A stretch of 44,410 nucleotides of DNA, counting the filler, from Sphacelaria rigidula (Eukaryota), in NCBI GenBank assembly GCA_964200075.2. It is 2 parts of 2 records of this genome, joined end to end, with 100 filler letters (N's around TTAATTAATTAA, not from the genome) between each part and the next. Parts side by side here need not be neighbours in the genome. Positions count along the whole stretch, not along the records: positions 1 to 22,168 come from CAXNAA020000349.1; positions 22,269 to 44,410 come from CAXNAA020000350.1. The stretch is one strand, 5' to 3'. Position numbers and translations under genes: made by a program. Of the stretch, positions 13,189-23,132 are shown in pieces. Within the stretch, counting starts at the first letter, position 1. Every line of letters begins with the position of its first letter. The notes under the pieces are model-generated. The model was given only the letters and a program-made list of their open reading frames with translations, was not told the DNA's origin and searched no databases.

Positions 13189-15896
13189 ACAACAGGCGAA
13201 TCGCACCATGTGCTACGCGACTCTAGTGACCGTGCCTGCAATGGAAATCGTGCTGGACAAAGCTCGCTCGTCGTTGAGCTTTTCGACATTTGATGGAATA
13301 TAAGAAAACAGTTTCGTCAAGCCTGTTTACAGAACCAGTTTACAGTCCCAGCACACCTGATTCTCTGCGTCGCAAACTCCACAGGCTCCGATTCGTACTT
13401 CACGGGCTCCTCAGGTCGGAATGAAGCCGCGATTTCTCGACGGCTACCCGCCGGCAGGTGCCCAACCGAGGGGTAAAACTTGAAGTGTTTGTGGCTAAAA
13501 GTGAACGTGCGCGCGAAAGACACGGTTCGACGGGGACGACAGGGTGCTCACGGCGACATGAAGCACGCTTTGTAGGTGGCAGAAACAAGCGTTCCCGGTT
13601 GCATCAGCAGTTGTTTCGAGACGGGTGGATACGTCTATGGTAATTGGTCAAATATGGGTAGCGGAGGAGCTGGTGTACTGTGCGCCCTAGACTTGGATCG
13701 AGTGGCAGTGGCACGGGATAGGGGGGGGGGGGGGGGCGCCCGCGGGGGGTTTTGTGTGGGGGAGCGTTGTTGTCCCCTTTCGCCCCCAGGGTGGGCGGGG
13801 CGCCCCTCGNNNNNNNNNNGTACTGGGCGCCCTGGTCTTGGAGCGGGTGGCGGGGGCCGGGGAGGGGGGGGGGGGGGCGCTCGTGAGCGTTACGTTGTAG
13901 TGGACACGTTCTGTACTCTATCCGCACCTAGAGTGAGAGCGACTCTGCTTGTGCTCACCAGAATACGTTATTTTTTAGTATTCAAACATCAGCCATGCCA
14001 CAAACACACAGTCACCCATTTACCCCTCACAAACGGCAATGTGGTCCATCCCTCCTTCTTGTCGCTACTCAGACTACACCTCGTCCTGTACAGGGCGTGC
14101 TTTCGGCAGGGATATCCGTAACAGCTGGTACAAAACAATGTTTGCGGCGTTTGAGCAACGACTTCAAATTGGGTTGGGTAAGCTGGAATTGGCGGGCATG
14201 AGTTGATGAAGCGTCCGTGACAACGCGCGAGAGAGGGGTAACGTCATTCAGGGGTATTGGCGATGTACCCACGGAGTATATTGGATACAACAGGGGGCAC
14301 CTTTGATAGAAAAATGCGCTCTTAATGATGACGCCATGAGAGGCTTTGATGAACACATGATAAAAAATGTGCAAGTTGAACGAAAAATTCTATTACGGAC
14401 ATACTTCGAAGTACACGTACGCGTGAAAAGACAGGGGTTCGAGAAACACATTCCCTGGAGATGAACAGGACAGTGTCGAACCTTGCAAGTCAGATTAGTC
14501 GGCATCGTCAGACACACTGTAGTGATCAGCCAAGATACAAGCCAACTGCCGAGAAACAAGAAGGTGATTGGCTTGTGGACCGGCGACATGGCACTACACA
14601 TGACGTTTGTTTGGCAGCGATGGGCACGGCTGATAGAATCTCGAGATGCCATATCGATGGTTTGAGGGTGGCTGTAATGCAGCCGAAATATGGTATATGA
14701 CTTGTACCTTGAGTTCAATTTTCACTCACCTTAGTAAGAGTCGCTCGCATACTAGCGAAGCCTCACTACTTTATCTTATGGTGGGAGTATCGTTTATTTT
14801 TCCCAGCTATCAATCTCCCCTGACTACGGCCCTTATATCACGTCAGCATATATTGTATACTCTTTCACCTAGCAAAATAGAAACGGCTTGCTGTAGCTCC
14901 TTGGTTCCACAACGAGAACGTGACCTCCTTGCCCACCAGTTGAGCGTCGGCAACAACGTCGCCGGTGGGCTGTGCCAAAACATTAGTCCCTACCGGGCCA
15001 CCCAGCGCGGCGGCTTCAGCTGTCGAAGAGGGTGCTTCCAGGATGTCCACCTTGCAGAGGATGAGAAAGGGTGGGGCCGGTGGATAAGATTAGGGGGCGG
15101 GACGTGGGCTACCGCTTGTCTACGACGTTGATCCTTCGACTGCAAAGCGGCTCATATCGTGGCTTACAATTTTTTGTGCATAATTTTATTCCCAACGATA
15201 TTGTCAAATCGCAGATAAACCAGCGTACATCATACCGATTCATGAATCGTCATTTTTAAAGCAATATAATATGATATGTGCACTAAGCTCAAAGTTTAAT
15301 CTGGGGGCGATCAGTTCTGTCGTAAATAAACGCAAAAAATACAGGCAGAATTTCGTAGCCTGAAAAAAGGAAAGAGGCACGGCATAGTTTCTCGACCGAA
15401 CGATCCCCGCCGCCTGTAGTCTGCAATGCACCCCTTCCCTCGCTGCCATCCTGTCGTGGTTGCCGCCATTTTTACACATGTAGAAGTATTGCAACCGCTC
15501 TCCTCAGTGCACAAACCTGGTCAAAGGTGAGCTCGTCGGCAACGGAAGCCCCGGGCAGATCCTCGAACACCACGTCGTGGCTTACGCAAGACCCATGCAG
15601 CAGGAACGTCGTCGCGTCGAACTGGTTATGAAGCACCGTCATTTTCAGGCGTTGCGCCAGTGCTTCCGGCTCACCCTCTTTCGGTTGACACCTCGGCTGA
15701 AACAGCACATCCATTGACTTTCGTTCCTACAGTCGGAGGGTCATAGGAAATATGCACCTTTTCATGTCGCAGAAAACTGGGGTGAGGGAAAATATGCTGC
15801 ACTTCTGCTTCATCAGTATACTCTGTTCTTTGTCTCTGTCTATCTGTTTATCTATCTATCTATCTGTCTATCTATCTATCTATATCTACCTATCTA

Positions 15897-15928
<32 letters not shown>

Positions 15929-18900
15929 CATTCATCCATCCATCCATCCTTCATCTGTCTATCAGCATGTCTGCATTTCTTTCTTTCTTTCTTTCTCTCT
16001 TTATCCTTCCACTTCCTCTGTTTCCTTTTTTCCGGGCATTTCCGCTCTGGTTACCGTGAGTACATCCGCCTTGTCACTACGGCTGAGCTCCTCTTGGACT
16101 AGCTAATAACACGTGATTTCACGAACTGGGGATGGATTTTGATTGGGGATGAGAACCCGGAGAATTAAAACCTTGGTATCCACACCAAATCTTCGAAATA
16201 TGGTCCAATTTGTTCACTTTCTGGTAGCTATTAAGGACCGCTACACGCCATATAAATTTGGATTTCGATAACCGAAATGTTGAGGTCCTAGGTGAAAAAC
16301 TAATTCTGGTGTCCGATCGGATCAACAGATTTCCCCAAAATTGGTTCTTCACCAAGGACCCCAGCATTTCGGTTACCGAAATCCAAATTTGTATGACGTG
16401 TAGTAGTTGTCAAAAGCTACCAGCAATCGAAGAAATGGAACCATATTTCGAAGATTTGGTGTGGATGCGAAGATTTTAATTCTCCGGGTTCTCATCCCCA
16501 ATAAACAAATCCATCCCCAATTTGCAAAATCACGCGATAATCCATCAACCATTCTATCGATTTATCTATGAATCCACCAGCTTTTCTCTCTTGCGTTCTC
16601 TCTTATCTACCCCTTTTCCGGGTTACCTATGGCGAGGGTTTTCATGTGGTCACCTCGAGTGTATATCATATGACTACGGCTGGATTTATAGTGGATCAGT
16701 CGATGTGTGACAACCAAGCAATCGAGCAGTACTGCATCTTTCGACACTCCCAGGCCTCCTGTTGCGTGAATCGTTTTCGAATTTTGGGATGCGTAGGCTT
16801 TTCCATGAGCGAATGCAGACTGCAAATACGCAGTTTCTCGAACGGGAGAAGCGCGCATCACTCAACACATATGCCGAGAGCGCCAATTTTCCGACGACGG
16901 ACCCCTCTACCATAGCACCTTTGGCTGAAGCGTAATCGACCCCCCCGCCGCGGCGAAGAGAAAATCGCCTTTGCGCTGACGATCGCGCTTCTTGGTCACA
17001 GACTCCACCATACCCACCGACGCATCTCCTTCCTTCCCTTCACCCTGTAGCATGGAGTATGCATGGCAGTTATGCACATGTAGGGGTGGGGAACACAGTG
17101 TTGCGGATGTGTGTTTCTACATCTTGCTGCAGCAGAGCAATTATGCTGACCTGATGCACCGTTGCATAATGGTCGAAAACGTACGGATTTGTGCCGCCTA
17201 CGCGTGCTCCTGCTGCATCGTACGTAACTCTCTTCGCCTTTTCTCGAGTGAGCTTTTCTCTAGTGAGCTTGACGAGCATTCACGTTACCCTTGCAAAAAA
17301 AAACAAAGAAGATAATACGATTCCAACTGATGACCTATTGCCGCCACGCTCCGATCGTCTAACGATCCGACTGTCACCATTGGGATGGAGAGAACATGGG
17401 CTCGATCCCTGCCAGGTGCTTCGGGGTTAAATTTTGAAGCATCTGATTTCCACCGTCGAACGCAGATGTACATGAGTAGACAAGAAGTAGTTGACTGAGT
17501 TTGTTTGACGAGAGTTGACGCAGTGCGGGAAGGCTGACGCAATCTGCGAGACCAAATTGCGAGGCTCGTACCAGGGAAAGATGGGCTGATCCCGTTAGAC
17601 TAGTAGACCACGGGCTTGTCCCGAAGAAGGGGAGGAATACAAAGCGTGACAAAAAAATGATGGTTCGATTACCCATATTTACCACTTCTGTATCCCAAGC
17701 GCTTGATGTTCACCTTTTAGGTACCCTAGTCCGGTATCTCTTGTCCCCCTTTTACTTCTCCCGACGAACCTGGGTGTCTGGGAGTTCCATTTCGAAGAGG
17801 CAGGACACGGGCAAGATGCCATCGTTGCGAAGAATCAGGGGTATGCGCCGAGACTTACGGGCGCTCACCTGAGCGCAACAACGGTAGACAACAACGGAAA
17901 TTACACGATTTGTCGTCAATAGTGCACACAAGGGCCATGCTTTGATGAAAACCCGGATAAGACAAGTACCTACGAAATTATGTCGCGCGGTTTGTCGTGT
18001 CTCTTCCGTCAGGAGTTTGCGAGATTAGTTTGAGAGCCTTGCAGGCGATCAGGGATCGATGTCGAAACCTTCGGGTGCCCACCATGGTCGCAACCCACAA
18101 CAGTGTGCAATGGCAACCGCTACGTGTTCACAAGCACCACACTCGCTGTGTGTGGTACCAGGTCGGGCGATTCCTGAGAAACGTTTCGTGCTTGCTATGA
18201 CCATCGGTTGGGCAGCCGATGCTTGCAGATTCACCTGGTACTTCTGAAAGTTGACCAGAAATCAATTCTGCTATCGCGGGCCAACCCCCGATAGCTGCCG
18301 CTTACAGCACGGACACGCACACCGGATACGGCAGAATCATACCGACAGCTGGTTCATGCCACAAACTCGGAATATGGATCTCAAAACGGCTTTCCCTCAG
18401 CACTCAACAAGACGCAAGCTCCTCGTCCATACGACGAAGCAGTGAAATAAACACACGTGAAGCTTCCTACCACGGTACCAGGATCTGTAACGGCTTCGCG
18501 TTAAAATATCCGCGTACACTCACATGATGTAATCATAATGTGCGCTTCGAAGAAGGCATGACGAAGCGCCGCATCAAACACCATCAAACCCATGTTTTTT
18601 GTGCAAAACTCATACGTTCACTTGGTAGCCTGAAAACGATTGGCATTCAAGTGCTCCATCTTCTGTTTCCCCTCCTTCCACTTCGCTCTAACGACTTCAG
18701 AAATCACACAGGGTAGGGATATTTAACTTCACCTCTCCGAAATCCATCAGAACAGCACCGGTTTGGTCTCTCTCTAGAGGGCTCTCAAGTGTAACCGTTG
18801 GCATTGTCCCCTTTCCGGACAGCAGAAACTCCATCCTGTTGTCATTCGGCGGCATGCACCCAGGCATCGCGGGGGCATTACAGGAGTCGTGGGGGCGTAC

Positions 18901-19959
18901 CCACGTATCCACATTGAATCAGCAGTGCTCGTCTGGATCCGAAAAGTGAGAGCTTTTTTGCATTTGCATGTACCATCTCGCTACATCATCGGACGATCCG
19001 TCAGACATCACGATGACCCGAAACCAAATCTAGAAATGGAGACCAATGTCTACACCAAAATGGTGTGGTGCATGGCCGGTTGTGAACACGCACGGTACTG
19101 CGGGGTATGTCATAAGTTCAGTCGAGAGGACAAGTACAACGTGCTACTACCAATGACAATGAGAGTGTTTTTGAAGGTATTTCCCGTGTCCAGCCGTTCC
19201 GAAAATGTCATTGCACATGAAGAACAAAATATTGAGAGGCGCGCAGCTATCCCATGATCCGCACTTCGTAAGACGTTCCTCGACGAGGCATATAAACACG
19301 GGAGGGATTACGTAATCTACCGCTGCCCCCTACAGTGTGAGTGAGTACTTCCGAGTCGACAATGAGTATCGTCGGGTTCAACGGTCATGTTTTAAACCAA
19401 CAAAAAAGCAATCGGTGAGAGAGATGGACACGACGGCATGCAAACGGGAGGATGATGACGGTGTTGGTACCCGTCAACAACGGGGGTGTTGCCAGGTATA
19501 CATATCAACCGACATATCGAAACATCGAAGGAGCAAGCACCGTGTCCAACACATTCGGGATGTTGGCATATGAGTCATTAAGCCGATGAGTTACCATACC
19601 ATGTATCAGTGTCACCACGCCCCGATGGTCAAACTGGCACACCAACGGCCGAGCTTGCACGGATTTTGTGGGTTCGATTCCCCGACGGACATTCGTGGGT
19701 TTCAACCCCGGTTACATAACCTGGTTGTCCGTTGCTGAAAGCGAAAACGTGAAGACGTGCGTAGAAAATGCAAAGTTCTACTCAAGTCTACGGGCTGCGG
19801 AGTTCTGGTTCAATGCTCCATAATGCTTGTCAGGTGGGTACCGGGAAGAGATTACTCAATCTCTCGAGACTGCGGATTCGTCCCAAAGAAGGGAGGGAAG
19901 GGGTGGGGGGGGGGGGCGTTCTCATTTGTAGGGGAGGGAAGGGGGGGGGGGGGGGGGGT

Positions 19960-20001
<42 letters not shown>

Positions 20002-21343
20002 CGTTGAAGGTATGATGAGAAGAAAATCACGCCAAACCCAATGCTGTACCTGAGACGCTCCCCTACAGATCAGCACAGACCTTCCTGTTGAAGGATCGTC
20101 GTTGTTGGCGACGATTGCCTCGAACCGGCAGCGGTATGACCGCATCTCGGTTGGCCGAAAGTGTGCCGAAACGTAACGATGCTCGTGCGGCGGAATCTCC
20201 CACGTTTCGGGATGCACCGTAAAGGCGGCGATATCTGCTTCACCCAAGGCGTCCGTGTCAGCCCCTGCCGCTGCTCCTTTGCCTCCTTTTCCCGCTTTCC
20301 CCTACAGTTCAGATCCGAGGAGCGAGAGGGGCGCGTGTATGCAACGGAGACACCCGTTTTGTTGCCCACGCAACCGACCTTGCGCGAACTCAGCACTCGT
20401 GCACCCGCACTCACCTCCGTTCCCAATAATTGTTGCAACCGCCCCACGGCCCCGGCAGCGGATAGGAAAGTGGAAACGGATCAACATAGTGAATTTAGCG
20501 CGAGATGTTTGAGGTGCCCATCGGCGGAACGACGTGCCGTCACCACACAAGTGTTCCACAGTGCATTTGGGGTATTTAGTCAATGTCAGCTTTGCCGCAG
20601 GAGGATGTCAACATGCTAGTTTTGTGAGGACGTATCCATATTCAAGTCTTTGGCTTTAGCACTCTTTGTTCTGGGTCTCGTTTGCTCCTCCGTTAGCGGC
20701 CTACTAACGGTTGGGCAACCTTCGCGAGGAAACGCTTCGATTTCTCATGTATCATGATTTCTCCCCTCTCGGTTAGTACCCCAACATGTTGAAATAATAC
20801 GTCCATTCCATGTGCTCTAGTCTTCGTGGCGTTCCGGACGCGACCTCGCCTCGTCACAACCAAGGGGTCACTGGTATTGGGCGTCAGAAGTGTTAGAGGA
20901 CTCAGATGAAAATGATCAACGTAGACACCAACAGTTAAGCGCGCTCTACGAGAAAATAACTTTTTCCTCCTCTCATTGGTCGTATTTCCCACCATTCTGT
21001 CGTATTTGAAGATGTGTAGATACACATACCACTTCCGTTTTTCCAACGTGTCGCGACGTTTCCGACACGAACGCGCCTCGTCAGCCAAAGAGTGGCTGGA
21101 ACTGGGAGTCTTGGGGAAAAGAAACCGCAGGGAGGATGAAGGGAATCAGAAATAAACCGCTCAGGTTGCGGCTAAAACGGACCTATGTCCTTTGGTGTCC
21201 TCACTTTGGAGGTTTCCGTAGCAGCGGGGTCCCCTGGTGCAGCGGCGGAAGAGATTGCAAAGCGGACCATGCACGGAATCTTATTGCCGTTGGTTATCTT
21301 GAAACGTTCGCACACGCCGGCAGGAGCCTGGCTAGACACCACG
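2091..21343 (-). CDS. HYDIN: HYDIN (axonemal central pair apparatus protein, ASH/Ig-like domain repeats); partial, 16 internal exons, about 871 aa from the C-terminal portion
   Basis: 16 exons with GT-AG boundaries join in frame without stops. The translation is colinear with recalled animal HYDIN motifs: ERFKITNGNKIPCMVRF (ARFKISNxxKIxCDV), EFLLSGKGTMPTVTL (FDIAGEGNLPRVTV), PLILRNDGILP (PLILKNNGVLP), VLHNQFD (VINNQYE), FYPSVGHL (FSPQMGHL), EWDD (DWDD), GRSLRPVCHF (GRSTLPICHF), FYVVNPTNIGYDFSW (FTILNPTNSTYSFCW), FKIPEHGV (FLIPEHNI). Confidence 0.93.
3390..3486. repeat. (ACC/AAC/ACT/GCT)n compound microsatellite
   Basis: Read directly. Confidence 0.9.
3576..3741 (-). CDS. HYDIN: HYDIN exon (FYVVNPTNIGYDFSWESQGNPHPAWRCVTQRGMILAGKRGEMVFEFTPDDMETAE)
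   Basis: ctccAG / GTATGT; 166 nt, phase 2 to 0. Confidence 0.92.
5588..5790 (-). CDS. HYDIN: HYDIN exon (EPLSLLLRGRSLRPVCHFALQESPDYLQRR...VRVLEVISRGTHVRNTR)
   Basis: ttctgcAG / GTATGG; 203 nt, phase 0 to 2. Confidence 0.9.
6010..6710 (+). repeat. Dispersed repeat family A, two adjacent partial copies (about 6010-6260 and 6468-6710)
   Basis: Core ACAAAGCC.GGACGGAGCACGCCGGG.TT..CGCCGGACCAGGCT at about 6091 and 6559. Confidence 0.8.
7693..7749 (-). CDS. HYDIN: HYDIN exon (VDDFLYALSAKMSTLPANQ)
   Basis: ctgcAG / GTGAGC; 57 nt, phase 0 to 0. Confidence 0.85.
7998..8245. mobile_element. Small MITE with about 20-bp TIRs
   Basis: GAGTCATGCTACGATAGGGG at 7998 and its inverse CCTCTATCGTAGCATGACTC ending at 8245. 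Confidence 0.7.
8549..8813 (-). CDS. HYDIN: HYDIN exon (NPGTTRIPYHWVL...LCPFSVEPYSGEIEAGTEQTFTVRFAPQE)
   Basis: gtacAG / GTAAGA; 265 nt, phase 2 to 0; ASH-like FSVEPxSGxI...VxFxP pattern. Confidence 0.9.
9831..9898. repeat. (ACT)n/(GCT)n compound microsatellite
   Basis: Read directly. Confidence 0.95.
9912..10079 (-). CDS. HYDIN: HYDIN exon (HEPLEGTVSSKRPLRCSGVADRARYEIVDGVAEGSHVIPFKNTAMFQCRGHTFTV)
   Basis: tttgtAG / GTAGTC; 168 nt, phase 2 to 2; FKxTxxxQxR motif. Confidence 0.9.
11310..11431 (-). CDS. HYDIN: HYDIN exon (GKKAKKGKEPVIDVPPTPTLRRGPLSEGGVQMVYSVQPEP)
   Basis: ttttcAG / GTACGT; 122 nt, phase 0 to 2; ends in the PEP motif. Confidence 0.87.
12031..12458. repeat. Diverged tandem duplication, two units of about 212 bp
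   Basis: TTTCACACAAAT.GCGAC, GTGCTAC.AGTAGCCTCCCT, GCCTCTACCGTGATAGGTGA and GGTTCTCAA each occur twice in the same order. Confidence 0.85.
12622..12820 (-). CDS. HYDIN: HYDIN exon (YIRQPDEGDQ...DVEWDDSKTQLREATEEDMAALLQQEAAAKGPVIPEKV)
   Basis: atcaAG / GTAAGG, with an alternative in-frame donor 3 nt earlier; 199 nt, phase 2 to 0; WDD motif. Confidence 0.85.
13005..13070. repeat. Interstitial telomere-type repeats in inverted orientation: about 3 TTAGGG, a 12-nt spacer, about 6 CCCTAA
   Basis: Read directly from the sequence. Confidence 0.9.
13126..13188. repeat. (AAC)n microsatellite
   Basis: Perfect trinucleotide run. Confidence 0.97.
13357..13494 (-). CDS. HYDIN: HYDIN exon (HKHFKFYPSVGHLPAGSRREIAASFRPEEPVKYESEPVEFATQRI)
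   Basis: cttttAG / GTGTGC; 138 nt, phase 2 to 2. Confidence 0.9.
13810..13819. other. Assembly gap (10 N) within G/C homopolymer-rich sequence
   Basis: N run flanked by poly-G tracts. Confidence 0.95.
14869..15050 (-). CDS. HYDIN: HYDIN exon (VDILEAPSS...GKEVTFSLWNQGATASRFYFA)
   Basis: ctgcaAG / GTGAAA; 182 nt, phase 0 to 2. Confidence 0.85.
15517..15726 (-). CDS. HYDIN: HYDIN exon (ERKSMDVLFQPRCQPKEGEPEALAQRLKMTVLHNQFDATTFLLHGSCVSHDVVFEDLPGASVADELTFDQ)
   Basis: ctgtAG / GTTTGT; 210 nt, phase 0 to 0. Confidence 0.9.
15836..15995. repeat. (TATC)n/(CATC)n/(CTTT)n compound microsatellite
   Basis: Read directly. Confidence 0.9.
16110..16536. mobile_element. MITE / foldback element with roughly 120-bp terminal inverted repeats, in a HYDIN intron
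   Basis: 16110-16230 is the near-exact reverse complement of 16415-16536 (e.g. ATTGGGGATGAGAACCCGGAGAATTAAAA and ATCCACACCAAATCTTCGAAATATGG). No clear TSD. Confidence 0.85.
16919..17044 (-). CDS. HYDIN: HYDIN exon (GEGKEGDASVGMVESVTKKRDRQRKGDFLFAAAGGSITLQPK)
   Basis: ctacAG / GTGCTA; 126 nt, phase 0 to 0. Confidence 0.85.
17770..17868 (-). CDS. HYDIN: HYDIN exon (VSARKSRRIPLILRNDGILPVSCLFEMELPDTQ)
   Basis: gctcAG / GTTCGT; 99 nt, phase 0 to 0; not in the supplied ORF track. Confidence 0.9.
18733..18835 (-). CDS. HYDIN: HYDIN exon (MEFLLSGKGTMPTVTLESPLERDQTGAVLMDFGE)
   Basis: aacAG / GTGAAG; 103 nt, phase 2 to 0. Confidence 0.9.
19901..20001. repeat. Poly-G tract
   Basis: Long interrupted G homopolymer. 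Confidence 0.95.
20081..20301 (-). CDS. HYDIN: HYDIN exon (GKAGKGGKG...AAFTVHPETWEIPPHEHRYVSAHFRPTEMRSYRCRFEAIVANNDDPSTG)
   Basis: ctgtAG / GTCTGT; 221 nt, phase 0 to 2; ASH-like FxVxP...FxP pattern. Confidence 0.9.
21205..21343 (-). CDS. HYDIN: HYDIN exon, first visible (VVSSQAPAGVCERFKITNGNKIPCMVRFAISSAAAPGDPAATETSK)
   Basis: Acceptor gacgtcAG with an upstream pyrimidine tract, donor GTGAGG; 139 nt, phase 2 to 0; HYDIN RFKIxNxxKIxC motif. The acceptor position is less certain because the preceding exon is missing. Confidence 0.82.
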
Positions 21344-21993
21344 CTGACGTCGATGTACGTGGTCGAACCGGACGAAAACAGAGAAGGCGGGGAGAGCGAT
21401 GGTTGTTTCGGTGTACGCATCAAAACGTTGGAAGGGCTGATCGGAAGGGCAAACCGTGGAAGGCGTAGTAGACTAGCGGCGTTGACACGTCTCCACATGC
21501 ATCTCGTAGACTTTCGGGAATCGATGGTGCAGACTTCGCAACTTTTGGCATCGGTCGACGGTTTTTCATTGTCGCCATAACCGTGACCTTCATCACTACC
21601 ATCCTTACCAGCATTGTCTGCTTCGGCGCCGTTCTCGCGTACCTGTGTACCACCTCCATGATGGTTTTACACAGTCACTGGTGTATCCACGACGAATTGA
21701 CTACTTTGTCCTGTCTTCAATAACTGTCGACGGTTCATTGTTATCAGATGGAGCATGCGGCTTTATCAGAAATCGTTTATTTACGTAGGGTGCACATCTG
21801 TTCTGATCATTAAAACAAAACATCGCTTGGATGTTGGATATTTAACAATTCCACACAGTTCGACCGTGAGACATGGCATGCAACTTATTCCGGGGAAACA
21901 TGCAAAATAACCGAAACGCCTTCGGCAAAACAGTCCACAGTCACAACCGGTCGGATCTGCGCCGCTCCTTGTGCATGTCTCATATTCATAACA

Positions 21994-21995
<2 letters not shown>

Positions 21996-22043
<48 letters not shown>
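21996..22043. repeat. (CAT)n microsatellite
   Basis: Perfect trinucleotide run. Confidence 0.97.
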
Positions 22044-22062
22044 TATCGCCACCACCACCAAG

Positions 22063-22168
22063 CCGGTCGCCCCGGTGGCTCAGTTGGTAACCTCGTAACC
22101 TGACGGTTGAATTGTGGGGTTCGATTCCCGGAGCGACCCGGGAGTTTTTCTTACACCATGCCCAACAG
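22063..22168 (+). mobile_element. tRNA-derived SINE, 5' head, truncated by the scaffold end
   Basis: A box TGGCTCAGTTGG (22076-22087) and B box GGTTCGATTCC (22118-22128); homologous to copies at 23479 and 37931. Confidence 0.8.
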
Positions 22169-22268
22169 NNNNNNNNNNNNNNNNNNNNNNNNNNNNNNNN
22201 NNNNNNNNNNNNTTAATTAATTAANNNNNNNNNNNNNNNNNNNNNNNNNNNNNNNNNNNNNNNNNNNN
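22169..22268. other. Artificial scaffold-join spacer N44-TTAATTAATTAA-N44
   Basis: Exactly 100 nt and symmetric; the central 12-mer gives stop codons in all six frames. Confidence 0.97.
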
Positions 22269-22919
22269 TTCAACACGAGTCGACTCATCATACTAAAATT
22301 AAGTAATTTTCAGACGAATCATTATTTGTCCGACCCTTGCAAGGTTTCTAGCCACGTACAGTCTCGGGATGATGCGAGCTGAGAAGCGGCGATCATGGAC
22401 TGCATGAGAACTAGGGTGGCTGCGATGATTGAGGACTACTGTACAGAAAACAACACAGGCCGAAAGTTAGAGAAGTGATGTATTTACATAGAAGATAGGT
22501 GGGGGATGGGAAGGAGGGGGAGTGCCGCATGATGGAAGGCCCCCTGGGATGATAGGGAAGCAGTGACTGACCTCGTGAACGCTCCCCCCATATGCACACA
22601 ACACAACCTCACTTCCTTCTCCCCCCTTCCCCTCCCCACCTTGAAGGGTTAGCATCGTTTGGCAGCGACGCTGTAACACACACTACTCCTTGCTTGAGGT
22701 AGGCAACCAGGTCACCGTTTCTTTTTCGCTCGGCGCTTCTTGCAGTAAACGTGATGGTAGTCGAGTCAGATCATATTGTGCGGGGTGGGAGAACATTAAC
22801 TCCTCGCAAAGGGGTTGATTGTACCACAAAAAAATAAAACGGTGAGACACCCATGACGTACTGCAGCCCTTGTCTGTGTCTGGAAGTAGTGATATCACAA
22901 AATGAAGCGACCTTCTTCA

Positions 22920-23132
22920 GGCTGCCACCCATATGCGAGATAATCAGCACCCTTCGGGCCGAACGATCTTAGCAAGATGCAAAACACCCTCATGCGACTC
23001 GTCGAACACACGACGGCGCTTCACGCTTGGTGATTGAGTGCGAGCCTGGTCCGGCAAAAGCCCGGCGTGCTTCATCCCGGATTCGTAGGGGTGCGAGGTC
23101 AATGGTCTTGTGACTAGGGCATGCAAGATCAT
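22920..23132 (-). repeat. Dispersed repeat family A, inverted copy
   Basis: Reverse complement matches 6045-6258, including GCCGGACCAGGCTCGCACTCAATCACCAAGCG. Confidence 0.85.

Noticed and set aside
12800..13303. Poly-Val/Thr/Asn and NPNPNP ORFs
   Set aside because: These are translations of (AAC)n and telomeric repeats within an intron.
19757..20053. Poly-Gly / poly-Pro ORFs
   Set aside because: These are translations of an intronic G homopolymer, which is also error-prone sequence.
21344..21666. Upstream extension of the first HYDIN exon (open frame VRENGAEADNAGKDGSDEG...)
   Set aside because: The frame is open but shows no HYDIN similarity, and a pyrimidine tract plus AG at 21345-21344 gives a normal acceptor.
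22063..22140. tRNA gene
   Set aside because: A and B boxes are present, but there is no convincing cloverleaf or anticodon arm, and the sequence continues into a shared SINE body.
22213..22224. TTAATTAATTAA as a piggyBac target or regulatory palindrome
   Set aside because: It is centred in symmetric N runs totalling exactly 100 nt, so it is an assembly linker.
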